The notes under the pieces were generated by a model that saw only the letters and a program-made list of their open reading frames with translations, was not told where the DNA came from and ran no database searches. The position numbers and the translations under genes are program-made. From the NCBI GenBank assembly GCA_038087875.1, contig JAXLNO010000362.1:62001-126000 (forward strand): a stretch of 64,000 nucleotides of DNA, in the 5' to 3' direction. Positions 24,111 through 36,680 of this stretch are shown here, one piece after another. The stretch is from Malacoraja senta (Eukaryota). Position 1 is the stretch's first letter; each line of letters starts with the position of its first letter.

Positions 24111-24838
24111 TACCGTATTTCCCGGGGTGGTGGGGGGCGGGAGAGTCCCTTTCACAGCGTTTGGGGAGTCTGGCCTGGGGTAAAGTTGCGGGGAGGGCAG
24201 GAGTGTTGTGAAGGAGGGGGTCGGGATCATGCTTCTTGTGACGCTACTTGCACGGAGGCATGCAATGCCACCGCATTGAGGCCGGGGGGGAGATGTAGCT
24301 CGGGTGGCTGTGAGCGGCCGCCGGGCTGGACAGCGGAACCGGCCGCCACCTCAGCGCCTTCTGCCAGCCCCCGCTCACCTCTGGCAGCTCTCCATCTAAA
24401 AACCTCTCTCCTGCCGATCGCTGGCCTCACTCATGTCAGCCGCTTCCCGCAAATCCTTAAATTCCGACAGCGCGATTTAGTTTACTCGGCTGTGGGAATT
24501 TAAGGATTTGCGGGAAGCGGCTGACATGAGCGAAGTCGGCGAGTGGCAGGTGAGAGGTGTCCAGACGGAGAACACTGCCAGAGGTGAGCGGGCTGGCAGA
24601 AGGCGCTGAAGTGGCGGCCAGTTCTGCTGTCGGGTCCCGGCAGCTGCTCGCAGCCACCCGAGCTGCTCCTATCCCCGGCTACAATGTGGTGGCTCCATGT
24701 CCGGAGCGCTGCAGCAGCGGTGAGTGAGTGAGTTACTGGCATTATCCCAGACCCCCTCCTTCTCAACACTCCTGCCCTCCCCGCAACTTTACCACTGACA
24801 CAGACTCTCCACATGCTGTGAAAGGAACTGTCCCCCCA
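24111..24838. repeat. ~700-bp imperfect palindrome (fold-back/MITE-like)
   Basis: catgtcagccgcttcccgcaaatccttaaattcc pairs with ggaatttaaggatttgcgggaagcggctgacatg. Arms stay alignable out to ctttcacagc / gctgtgaaag. Confidence 0.8.
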
Positions 24839-25124
24839 ATTGGTCCCTTGAACAAGTGTTGTCATTCAATAAGATGACAACTGATTCAACTTTTCCCTGT
24901 ACTCCCGTTTTTCCCCACCATCTCTCCACCTGCCATCACCCTTCACCCCCCACCCATTCAGTAATTCAGAATAAAGGAGACTTGGAAGCCTTGGGCAAAT
25001 TGAATTGTTACTGTCTTTATTTACTTATTTTTAATTTTTACAGAGAGAACAATCTGCGCATGTGCAGTTTAAGTTTTTTATAAAAAGCCGACTGACTGCT
25101 GACCCTGATCAATTACTCACGGCA

Positions 25125-25780
25125 TGTGCCTGATTCACACTGTGGGAAGAACTTCACATGGGCAAGGACCTTCCAGTAACACCAACATATCCACATCGGA
25201 GAGAGGCAGAATAAATGTAAATGGTCAGATTGTACGAAGAGTTTTACACGAATAGATCACCTCCAGTGACATCAGCGGACCCACGGCAAGAGGTCGTGTA
25301 GATGTTCAGACTTTGGGAAGAGTTTCACACGAGCAGGGACCCTCCACTTACACCAGCGGACCCACACCGGAGAGAGGCCACACAAATGCACCGCCTGGAA
25401 GAGTTTCAGAGTCCAGCTCCCACCATCGACACCAGAGGACCCACACGTGATAGCGGCTGTAGGAAGAGTTTCACAGACTGCATGAATGTGCAGAATGTGG
25501 GAAGTTTTGCACGGGCAGGGACCCTCCACCAACACCAGCGGATGCACACTGGAGTGAGGCCGTACATATGTTCACACTGTCGGAAGTGATTCACAGACTC
25601 AGGGAGCCTCCATAGATGACAGAGAGCCCACACTGGAGAGAGGCCGTACAAGCGTTCTGACTGTGGGAAGACCTTTACTTATCTCTGTCAGCAGAAACCT
25701 CACACCTGCCTTGAAACATGCCCCGTGTGCAGGAAGTCTTAAAGGACTCAGTAGCTTTCACTGTCCACCTGAGAGCCTGT
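25125..25780 (+). pseudogene. Degenerate C2H2 zinc-finger array (~6-7 fingers)
   Basis: Repeated [17 protein letters not shown] units broken by stops and frameshifts. Confidence 0.88.
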
Positions 25781-26078
25781 GTTGAACAGTAACACAGAGA
25801 AAGGTCAACTATTTTCAGTTATTATTTCCTTTATATTATTTCATTTTATATTATTTCAGTTCTCTCCCTTTGAATTACTTTGAGTAATTATTTGTTTTCA
25901 AACAGTATTAATATTGGCACTTGCTGTATTTCCCTCTTTATAATGATACTTTGCGTGGAGAAGTCTGGCGTATAAGGGATGGGTCCGTGATTTCCCACTC
26001 CCTGCGTGAATTTGGGGACCAGGGACAGATATCATAGCCGCATGTCCGACCCTCTTTAAACTGTCAGGAAGTCAGGAC

Positions 26079-26370
26079 TGGAGTCTGGGAGTCGCCGCGG
26101 TGTCTGTGGAGAGGAAGAGGGGTCACACTGACCCCGGAGACTGGAGTCTGGAGCATCAGGCGGCAGGGTGATGAGTTTGATGCACTCACCTCTCCTCCAT
26201 CCCATCTCCCTGCCCGTCCCATCCCCTGGAGGGTGGGTGTTTATCTCAGTTACGAGTCCGAGACAGTTTAATTTTACGACGCAGACACCAAGTCCCATCT
26301 CCACACCTTCACTGGGAATAAATTCATGGAGAAACTCTATCCTTTCTTCGAGACTTGGGATGAAAGTACC
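26079..26370 (+). pseudogene. B30.2/SPRY domain fragment (TRIM/butyrophilin-like)
   Basis: WSLGVAAVSVERK/VTLTPETGVWSI..PWRVGVYLSYESETV*FYDADTKSHLHTFTGNKFMEKLYPFF; one frameshift and one stop. Confidence 0.88.
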
Positions 26371-26419
26371 AACGACCAGTACCAACGAGGTGGCGAGAAC
26401 ATTTTAAATCCAAATCTTT

Positions 26420-28720
26420 AGAGATTATGTTTTGCCATCCATGTTTCCTGAGTTTACAAATTGATATTTTATCGCTTCAAGCTTAAGCTTTTAACTTTTC
26501 TATGAAGTAACTGGAATTTTTACTCGCTGTACTTTGTCCTGGATATCAATCAACGATGGGGAATCTACACCTTACATTTGCCGTTTTGACATATGTGCCT
26601 CCAAAGAAGATTTTTATGCCTTTGGACATCTCGTCAGCAATACAACTCGACTCGCCCACCATTTTGGATATGGGCGTGTCCCTCCTTTTTTGATTCACCT
26701 TTGAAGATCACTGAAGACATGCGGTGAGCTTGTTCCATTTATCTGTTATGTCATCAACGTCATAACCACACCTCAAGCTTCAGTGTGGCTCTTGGGAGAT
26801 TTCATTCTTCCTGATGTAGACTGAGAAAATTTAAAGTTCACACCGGGTGGATCTTATGCTGGAACTAGTAAAGCAATGTTGGAAATTGCACTCGATCACA
26901 ACTTACATCAACAAGTGAAAGAACCGACTAGACCTAACATCCTTGATTTGCGTTTCACAAACTCACCATCAGAGGTAATTCCTGGTATCAGCGACCACAA
27001 GGCAGTGATTGTGAACGTATCGGTGGAACCAAAGTTAGTCCGGCCAGCCATGCGTAAGATATTTTTCTGCAAGAAAGCAAAGTTTGAAGACATCAAGGAC
27101 AGGTTCAGGAACTTCGGTGAGAAGTTGACTTCTGACTACATTGAGTCAAAGACTGTTAATGAGCTAGTGACTGAATTGAACCGAGTTGTCCAGAATGCTA
27201 TGGAAAAATTTATACCCTCCAAAAATTACTTCTTCGAGATGGAAATTACCCTGGATAAATAATTCCATCAAGAGAAACATTTGTAAAAAGAGGAGCCTGT
27301 ACAAAAAAGCCAAGAAATATGACTTTTCAGCAGCCTGGGGCATTTTCAAACAGCATCGCAGACACACAGACGCGAAAATTAGGAAAGCCAACAAGGTGTA
27401 TATCCATGATATCATCGGTGGGAGAGTAACAACACCAAATCGTTCTGGAATTTCATCAAGTCGAAACAGCAAGAGGTGTTTGGTGTCTCAACATTGTCTT
27501 CATCTGATGGCACCAAAGTTTGCTCTGCTAAAGACAAGGCAAGCGTTGTTGACGTGCAACACGGTTTCCACAAGGGACGTTCCTGTGACACTCAATTATC
27601 TGCTCTTGTTGACGACTTTGCAAAGATTTTGGATGATAAAGACCAGGCGTACCTGATCACCATGGACGTCAATAAGGCGTTCGATTCAATGCCCCACTAA
27701 CGTCTTTTGATGAAACTTCGTCACATGGGAATTAAAAACAACGCATTGAAGTGGATTGATTCTTTCCTTCCAAACCGGTTGTGCTGGAGGGTCTTTCTTC
27801 CAACAGAACTAAAGTTTCATCTGGGATTCCCCAGGGTACACTCCTGGGACCCCTACTATTTTTGGCATATATCAATGATCTGCCTGCAAAGGTCCACTCA
27901 AAGGTTAGACTCTTTGCGGAATACTGTGTTCTCTGTAATAGAATGCAATCCGTTGAGGATTCGGAGAGATTCCAACAAGACCTTGATGCATTAGTCAAAT
28001 GGTAAGGAGATTGGCAGATGTCTTTCAATTCTTCCAAGTGCTTCAGTATTAGAGTCACCCACAGGAGGAAACCGGTTACCACGAAGTACAAGATGGGGCA
28101 CTCCACCCAGGAAGAGGTGAAACATCATCCCTACATGGGAGTGGAACTTAGCAGTGATTTGAAATGGTCTATTCACATCAACCAAAGAATCACCAAGGCT
28201 AACAAAATGCTGGGATTGCAGAAGAAAAATATTTATCTGATGAGACCCAAACTTGAGTATTGCTCAAGTATTGAGTATTGCGGTCTGGGATCCACAAAAC
28301 AAAACAGATGGGGACAAGTTAGAAAGAATTCAAAATAGAGCTGCAAGGTTTATCGTTGATGATTACAGCAGGGAATCCAGTATCACTAAAATCCTTGCTA
28401 ATCTAGAGTGGGAAACTCCTCAAGACCGTAGGACCAAATTAAATCTGCGACCATCTATAATGAAACGCACTGGTTTATTCCAAGCAACATCAAGAGTCAT
28501 TATCGATCTACAAATTCATCCAATCAACCAAAGACCTGGCAATCGGGGGTTATCAAATAAAACATCAACCCAACAAATAAAGACTGTTATAGGTATTCAC
28601 TGCACCCAAAGACAATTCACAAATGCAATAATCTCCACTATGACATTCGCACTGCACCCGACATCAAGACTTTCAAGACCAAGCTGGAAACAATCAATAT
28701 TAAGATGCTGACTTTGCACA
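26420..28720 (+). mobile_element. Degraded LINE of the CR1/L2 supergroup, distinct from the vertebrate CR1 family elsewhere in the window
   Basis: GDF..PDVD, VKEPTR..NILDL, GISDH, QHGFHKGRSCDTQL, KAFDSMPH, GIPQGTLLGPLLFLAYINDLP, ERIQNRAARFI. Confidence 0.85.
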
Positions 28721-29134
28721 TGACCCACCTAATGTAGGCGACAACCCGTGATGGCGATTATATGTCAAGATAAGAAACAGACTGCATCTTCTGACTGGGA
28801 TAAACTGCCCCCACTGGGATATTCTGACTGTGCGGGATCGGTCCTGTTGTGAAGCAGACTGGTTGTCGCACTCAGTTCATCAACACGGCGATTGATAAAT
28901 CAGCCTTTTTTGTTGCCGCAAGTCAGGAGTGACCCAAGGACACTGTCATCCCTGCACTGTTGCATTTACCACGGTGGAGTTCCTTACATGGCACTTAAGA
29001 AGGCATCCTAAAGCCCCCAGACCAATGTCAGCTGGATAACCCAGATTCACAATGTAAACGTGGGCAGAGTCCGTTCACACCATCTGATGGAAGGAGTGAA
29101 ATTGAAAAATCTGGTGATCAACAAGAACGACAAA

Positions 29135-29320
29135 GGGGAGACGGCATGAATGTGTAGAATGTGGGAAGTGTTTCACGTGGGCAGGGAACCTCCACCGACA
29201 CCTGTAGATCCACACCGGATAGAGGCCATACAAATGTTCTGACTGTGGGAAGAGCTTCACATATTCAGGGGTCCTCCAGAAATACCATTGGATACACACT
29301 AGTTCTCATAGTGCAGCAAT
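29135..29320 (+). pseudogene. Degenerate C2H2 zinc-finger fragment (2 fingers)
   Basis: HECVECGKCFTWAGNLHRHL*IHTG*RPYKCSDCGKSFTYSGVLQKYHWIHT. Confidence 0.85.
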
Positions 29321-29669
29321 ACTCATAAATCTGGTGCACTTGGGAATTTGGTGCTGTATGGCAGATTTTCCAGGCTATTGCATATCATAATATTAGTTCA
29401 CTTGCATTGTTTAGTTTAGTTTAGAGATACAGCACGGAAACAGGCTGTCGGCCTACCGAGTCCACTGCGACCAACGATTCACGCACATTAACACTATCCT
29501 ACACACACTAGGGACAATTTACAGTTATACCAAGCCATTTAAGCTGCAAACCTGTACGTCTTTGGTGTGTGGGAGGAAACCAAAGATCTCAGAGAAATTC
29601 CATGCAGGTCACGGGGAGAACGTACAAGAACCCGTACAGATAGAACCCGTAGTCAGGATCAAACCAAAT

Positions 29670-30460
29670 AAAACCATTCTCATTGTTCCAACGCAGCAGA
29701 CAAAATCTTGCGGAACAGCACCACGTCTGGGTGTGGTGCAATCCTTGAGGTCGTCATTAATACGGGCAATTTCAGATAACCAGCCTTTCCAGTTTGTATC
29801 AGAACTGGCCACATCATGTGACTGCATCCAGTTCTGATGAAGGTCATTGATCTGAAAATACATTTTGCCGAAGACATTTGTACATGGATAAGAAAGGTCA
29901 GAGGGCTATGGGTGAAATGTGGGCGAATAGGATCAGCTTAGAGGAGGCATCTTGATCAGCATGGACAAGTTGGGCCGAAGAGTCTGTTTCTACATGACCG
30001 TGAAACATGAACTGTTTCTTTCTCCACAAGATGCTGCCCGACTGGATGAGTATTTCAAGCATTTTCTGTCATTATTTCTTTGTTATCTTATCCTTAATCG
30101 TTGTCCAGCCCCGATTTGACTTGTTTGAGGGGTAGGTTGTCCCCAGCTTTCGGACACATTAAAATACAGCTCGTGCACATGAGCGAGTGTCTGGGAGATG
30201 TGGGATGGATTTACTGGCTGTTACGGGGCTACAGACATCTTCTGTCATGTGGGAACTCTATTCACAGCCGCATGTTCCGTTTGGGAACAGTTCCCAGGAA
30301 GGGAACCCTGCCGTAACCGGGGGGAATGACCTGCACCATCTCCATAGCAACTTTTGTTGCATCCAATGCAAGTGTTCTGTCCCAGGCCATCTTTGTGCTT
30401 CCAACACACCACGCCTCACAGTCACAACTGATGCTCTGACTTCCAGTCTGCAAGTGTTAA
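29670..30460 (-). mobile_element. Possible ancient HERO/R2-group LINE remnant, interrupted by younger repeats
   Basis: Weak resemblance only: LKLPVLMTTSRIAPHPDVVLF to the RLE PD motif region; EHAAVNRVPT(W) upstream. Confidence 0.3.
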
Positions 30461-32389
30461 ACATCACAGTTTCAGCACAATCTCACCATATACCCAATTA
30501 ACACATGTTGTATGTAGGAAGGAACTGCAGATGCTGGTTTAAACTGAAGATTGACACAAAAAGCTGGAGTAACTCAGCGGGTCAGACAGCATCTCTGGAG
30601 AAAAGGAATAGGTGACGTTTCGGGTCAAGTCAGGAAAGGGGCAACGAGAGATATAGATGGTTGTATGATACGATATGATAGAACTTTATTTATCCCAGGA
30701 GGGAAATTGAATATATAGAGAGAGATAGAACAAATGAATGCAAGAAATGTAAAAATATATAACGATGATAAAGGAAATAGGACATTGTTAGCTGTGGGCT
30801 TGTTGAAAACGAGTTACAGACAATGAGACACAACAAGATGACTTTGAAACTAGTACAATGACATGGGTAGGGACGGGAGGGAGAGAGAGGGGATGAAAGG
30901 GTTACTTGAAGTTAGATAAGTCAGTATTCTTCCCAAAGATAGACACAAAATGCTGGAGTAACCAAGCGGGACATGCAGCATCTCTGGAGAGAAGTAATGG
31001 TGATGTTTCAGCTCGGAGGGTGGTGATTCTGTGGAATTATTTGCCACAGAAGGCTATGCAGGCCAAGCCAATGGACATTTTGGGGTTATGGGGAGAAGGC
31101 AGGAGAATGGGGTTGGGAGGGAGCAATCAGGCATGATTGAATGACGGAGTAGACTTGATGGGCCAAATGGCCTAATTCTGCTCCAATCACTTATGACCTG
31201 CGTGGGTTTTCGCCAAGATCTTGGAAACAAGATCAGGAAACATGTTCCCGATGTTGAAAAGATCTTGGAAACAAGATCAGGAAACATGTTCCCGATGTTG
31301 AACGGAGACGAGGAAACACTTTTTCTCACAGAGAGTGGTGAGTCTGTGGAATTCTCTGCCAGATAGGGCTCTTAAAATAGCAGAGTGAGGAGATATGGGG
31401 AGAAGGCAGGAAAGGGGTCTGTTTGGGGATGATCAGCCATGATCACTTTGAATGGCGGTGCTGGTTCAAAGGGCCGAATGGCCTACTCCTGCACCTATTG
31501 TCTATTGCCTATCTTCAGTTTCCTCCCACAGTCCAAAGACGTAAAGATTTGAAGAATAATTGGTTTGGTATAAGTGGAAATTTTCCCTAGTGTGTGTAGG
31601 ATAGTGTTAGCGTGCGGGATCGCTGATCGGTGTGGACTCGTGAGACGAAAGGCCTGTTTCCGCGCTGTATCTTTAATCTCTAAACGAAACTAAAATGGAG
31701 TCCCAACCCAGATAGGTAGAACCTTCCCATTGAAACACTTACTAATCACTTGAATCCCAGTAGATTACGACATCACGTATCTGATTTCCTTTGAATCCGT
31801 TTTTGGCAGGTCACAACAAACAATGAACCTGTAAAGCAAAGAATCGCAGATGCTGAAAATCTGAAATAAAAATAGTAGACATTTTTTTTAAATCAGCAGG
31901 TTAGACAGCAGTTCTGGAGAAAGAAACAGTTCAGTTTCGGATCAGAGACCCTTCACCAGAATAGAAAAGAGCAAAAACTAGTTATTTTTCAGTTGTAGAG
32001 AGGGGTTAGGGTGGATTGGTGGCACAAAGGGGCTATCACTGATGGGGCAAGAACAGATGAGGAAACGTAGTATTTGGAGTCAACAATTAGAATAAGATGA
32101 TGGTACAAGGAACTCAGACCCGACTATACTAACAGTACAATAAAACGGACGTGTAAGAGATTAAACTCACCCAGAGGGTGGTTGTAATCTGGGGCACTGC
32201 CTGAGGAGATGGTGGAGGCTTGAACTTTCCCTGCTGCTGCAGGAGATGCTCCACTGCAGGAGGTGCTCAACTGGAGAAGCTTCACCACACTGTAACAGCA
32301 CAGCTTCACTGTAAAAGCAACTCCATTGCAGGGAGCTGCTCCACTGCAGGGCGGCTGCATTACTGCAGGAGTTGCTCCACTGCAGCATC

Positions 32390-32725
32390 TGCCGCTCGAG
32401 TCCCTGACTTGGACAGCTCGAGCCCTCGGCGCACTGTCCGAGACAACCGGTGGGGGGAGGGGGGTGGGGGGGGAGATGCGCACGCGCTGACGTTGACTGA
32501 GAGCCCCGCCTCCGCCCGCGGCGGCGGGAAAGCAAGGATGGCGGGAGACTCGCGACGGCTTTTGGCGCCTTTTCCCGCCGTGGGCTCGAGCTGCCCACGT
32601 GACCCGCGCTCTGGTTGGAGCCGCTCCGCTCACGTGAGGCGCCGCCAACGGCCGGGGGGTGGGGAGGGGGTTGGGCTATAAATACATATATAGTGAGCGG
32701 GAGACAGGCGGCGATTAGGCGGGAG
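32390..32725. promoter_or_regulatory. CpG island / candidate promoter
   Basis: Dense CpG. Two CACGTG E-boxes (~32596, ~32631), GC boxes, tgcgcacgcg (NRF1-like), tataaa at ~32677. Confidence 0.6.
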
Positions 32726-32789
32726 GTTTAGTTGAGGTGGGGTAAGTTGTGAAATTTAGCTGAGGTTTAGGTTTAGTTTAACTTAATCA

Positions 32790-33615
32790 TTTCTACCTTT
32801 TTTTTTCGAAAACTGCAAATAATAACGTTTCTGTTTATGCTGTTCAGTATTTTTTTTCCTTTACATTTTAAACTGATGTCTCCGAAGAAGAAATGGAAAA
32901 TTGTCGATCCAAATGCTGCAAAATTGTCAATCCAAGAGCAAAAACTTGTAGTTTACAATGCCCAAATTGGAAAGTTGAGGAAAAACAAGGTGTACAGAGT
33001 TGCTTATTGGTTACAATCTGAGGAGTATGATGATGCTACTGATTATGATATCTAGCCAATGAACCATCTAGCAACTGATCTTCTCCATAAAGTCCTGTTG
33101 CTAGCAATTGTAATGTATTTATTTATCTGTTATGGACTTGCAGCATGTAATACAATTATATTAAAGTTCTGATCATCAGATATCATATTTTTTGAATTTC
33201 CAAGACAGTCTGGGTGTTTATTACTATATCCATCACAATGGTCAATTTTGTAATTAGCTACAATAAGGTAACTAACTAATTATATGCTTTAATTTTAGGT
33301 CATCCAAGTAAGAATGTTTCATATTTGTTTCAGAATGCTTCAATCTCTAATAACTGAAAATGTCATTCAGTTCTCTTAATTTTTAAGAAAAGTATAGGCT
33401 TTTGACTGTCCTCGATCACAGCTTTTGTGTTAAGTCAATGGAAAAACAATAGGGAACAAGATGCTAATTTCCGAGTATGAAAATGGCCATGACATTTTTA
33501 ATACGGAAGATATGAAAGTGAATTAGGTGTCAAATTAAAATTCCTTTTATGCTTTATCTGATGGGATAAATTATAGGCTTGATTTTTTAAATCTCAACAT
33601 TTTGTAACTTTCCTA
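32790..33615 (+). mobile_element. 3' part of a TAG-ended DNA transposon (same family as 49338-50378) with a residual coding fragment
   Basis: 33245-33615 matches ~50005-50378. Ends in ttttgtaactttccta. Residual frame KVYRVAYW..EEYDDATDYDI. Confidence 0.7.
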
Positions 33616-34948
33616 GATAAGGGACTGCCGGCTGACCAATTTGGTCTCCCCTGACTCTGTCCATCTTGTTTCAGCCAAGCCCAGGACTGAGATTGTAGCA
33701 CCATTTTGTTGGCAATTGTGGCAGCCTGGAACATAGTTCGGATGTTCCATGTCCCCACAAGGATGGATTTCTTTGGCGTTTAGTTGAGGTGAGGTAAAGG
33801 TAAAGTTTTGTCGAGGCGAGGATTTAGTCAAGGTGTGAGGTTTAGTCGAGGTGCAGTTTAGTGAGTTGAGGTTTAGGTGTGAGGTGAAGTTTAATCGAGG
33901 CGAGGTTTAGTAGTGAGGAGTGAGAATTGGTTGAGGCGAGGGGTTTAGTCGAGGTGTAGGTGTGTAAGTGAGGAGAAGTGAGAGTAGGTGATGTGAGGAG
34001 AAGTGGGTGTCTGAGCTCAGGAAGGGAGACCGAAGTGCTGCTGAAAGACACAAGTTCATGTCTGGGACACAGGGCTCGTAGCTGAGACTCCAGGGAGCTT
34101 TGACATGGAGAGCGGGCAGAAGATGCCGGATAAATGTCCTCTGGGGGGCCTGGGAACTGGGAAAATGCTGCAGCTCCTTCTCAGACCATCACAACCCCAG
34201 GAACTGGTGTCAGTGAGGAGTGGATGAGTTCCCTGGGCTCTGGAGTGGATCACTAACAATATTGAACTGGGAGGCCATTCAGATCATCTCCCTCATCCCT
34301 CTAGATGTCTGTCTCCATCTGGCAACTTTCCCCAGCTATGAGGAAAGAATATTAACCTGAAACATTCACTCAGTTTCTACCTCCACAGATGCTGCCTGGT
34401 TGCTGATTATCTCTGATTTTATCTCCGACAACTTATTCTTTTTTACAATAGTGGTTTTGCAGCAGCCCCCGGGTGCTGCTCCTGAGTTCAATGTGAGGGA
34501 AGCCCATGATAGTCACTGTATTCATTGCCAGAAATGTAGACACTGATGTCTGTTGGCTGGAAGCTGCAATCTTGAATCTTGACAGGCAACATTTTGGGCC
34601 TGGACCTTTCAGGCAGATCACGCCTGACCTGTACCCTAAATGCAGTTTCCTCTCTTACTGTGATACGGTTTATTACTTCTTGGAATCAATAATATTTTGA
34701 TCTTGCTGGAATGCAATTAACAACTGATTTATTTCAACCCTAGAAAAGAACTCACTATATTCTGAGTGAAGAAATATCTAATTTCTATACTGAAGAAGTT
34801 ACCCTTTATTTTAAGTTGTTGACACTTTATCCTGGAATTGTCCTGTATTAAATAAACAATTAATAATTTAAAATCTGTTTTGGAATTAACATCTGATTAT
34901 TTCAGATTATGCACCAAAGTGTATCAGGTACAATGTTTGTTTTTCCAG

Positions 34949-35072
34949 GATGTTGACGTTCAAAGACATTGCTGGCTACTTTTCCAAGGAAGTGTTTGAA
35001 GAAATAAGTGATATGGTGAAGGTCCGTTATAAGAAGATGAAGCAGAATTATGAAGCCATGCTTGCCATTGGG
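34949..35072 (+). pseudogene. PRDM9/PRDM7/SSX-type (ancestral) KRAB domain exon
   Basis: Acceptor ttttccag then MLTFKDIAGYFSKEVFEEISDMVKVRYKKMKQNYEAMLAIG then GT. Fits the FxDI..YF.KE.......K.RY...K.NY.A...G pattern. No SET domain seen in the window. Confidence 0.78.
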
Positions 35073-36289
35073 GTTTGTGGAATATATTTCTTCCCTTTTA
35101 TTTGCTTTTTTCTAATGATGCATGCTGATATGAGTTTTTTTTTTTCCTACATGAAATCTAAATGCTTTCTGAGACCAGGTCCTTGATTCGATCCTTCCAT
35201 TTCACTCCACTGGTATACTTTGAGAATGTGTCTGAGGCCGGCCGGCTTCACCCTCTGCAACGCTGCATCGATACACACGTGGCTCATGCAAGCTGTTTCC
35301 CCAGTCTGTGTACGATGCGCTTGTGACGTGGACCCTGCTCCTCCATCCGCTGTGAGGTTCCCGCGGTGGGCGACGAGTGCTTGTGTGTGTGGGACCCCGG
35401 TCAGTGTGGGCGGAAGGGAGAACGAGGGCAGCATCAGGAAATGGGGGCGAGACACAAGGAACTGCAGATGCTGGATTACAAATAAACACAGCACTGGAGT
35501 AATTCAGTGGGTCAGGCAGCATTTGTGGAGGACATGGATAGGTGACGTTTCGATTCGGGACTCCGTGAGGAGGGATTGTTGTGAGGAACAGAGGGTAGGA
35601 GGTTCTGAGTTGTGATGGACGAGGGTTTGAGGGGAAGTCAGGAGGGACTGAGCGATGGGGAGACAGGGTAAGGAGTTAACAGTTCCTCTCACAGAACAGC
35701 GCTTCCTCATCATTATCCCTTCCACAACACGGCACTCCTTCACCCCCTCCACCCACAGTGTAGCTCTCCCTCCTCACTCTCCCCAGTACAATGCAGCGCT
35801 CCCTGCTCACCACCCCTCCCACAGCGCAGTTCACCCTCCTCACCCCCCCCCCCACAAACAGCTCTGTGCTCGTTCCTCACCGCCCCTCCCAAAGAGCAGT
35901 TCTCCCTCCTCACCGCCCCTGGTGGAAACACAGGCATTCACAGACCGGGAGAAGACCAGAAAGAAGTCAGAGTTTTCGTTTTATTTTAATTCACAGATAC
36001 AATGTGGAAACAGGAACCGAGTCCCCGCCGACCAGCGATCACCTTTACATTAGTTCGATCCTACACACAAGGGACAATTTACAGTGGCCAATTAATCTGT
36101 AAACCTGTCTGTCTTTTGAATATGGGAGGAAACTGGAGTACCCGGAGGAAACACATACGGTCACAGGGAGAACGTGTCAACACAATACATTCTGTCCTAT
36201 GGGTGCTGTCTGTAACTCGGGTCCCAGGCGTTGTAAGGCAGCAACTCTACCGCTGCGCCACCATGCCATCCTTGCGATCCCCGTCACAG

Positions 36290-36680
36290 GTTCAAGGAAG
36301 ACTGAACCACTAGGCCAAACCCAAGACCACCAGCAATGGTCAGGTCTGGACTGCTGGGAAGAAGCCTACACAAGGCTTCAACCTCAGGCTTATAGAGTGG
36401 CCTTGGCAAGCCTGAATTGCCAGTGATTCTTCTAGCCCACAGACAACGAGGGACTGCGCCCACACACATACAGGCAAAGACTGGCCGCCAGTATAATCGA
36501 GAGACTGCTATCATCAGTTCTTCAAGCTCAAAAGTTGAGCAGCCAGGAAGAAATCTGCACTGCCAGCACTGCTTATGGCAAAGGTGAACTGCAGAAAGAA
36601 GCCTGTGATCGCCACAACTCCTCCTCCTTTGAAGATCGCAGGAATAAGATGTTGGGACAAGCCCGAGATCACTAGCATCT
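36290..36680 (+). pseudogene. Possible decayed next exon of the KRAB gene
   Basis: cccgtcacag acceptor. FKED*TTRPNPRPPAMVR resembles the PRDM9 post-KRAB EEWTPR..KPP motif if TGA was TGG. Several stops. Confidence 0.35.

Noticed and set aside
31217..31302. ~44-bp tandem duplication, plus small (atccactt)n at ~42200 and (GA)n/(CA)n runs at ~18020-18300 and ~62350-62550
   Set aside because: Ordinary slippage products in or near repeats
32124..32681. 143-174 aa ORFs over the CpG island as standalone genes
   Set aside because: Expected in GC-rich DNA; no domain recognised; only the splice signals were kept as a low-level finding
34949..35186. Calling this locus PRDM9 itself
   Set aside because: No SSXRD, PR/SET or downstream ZF array visible; only the KRAB exon is supported
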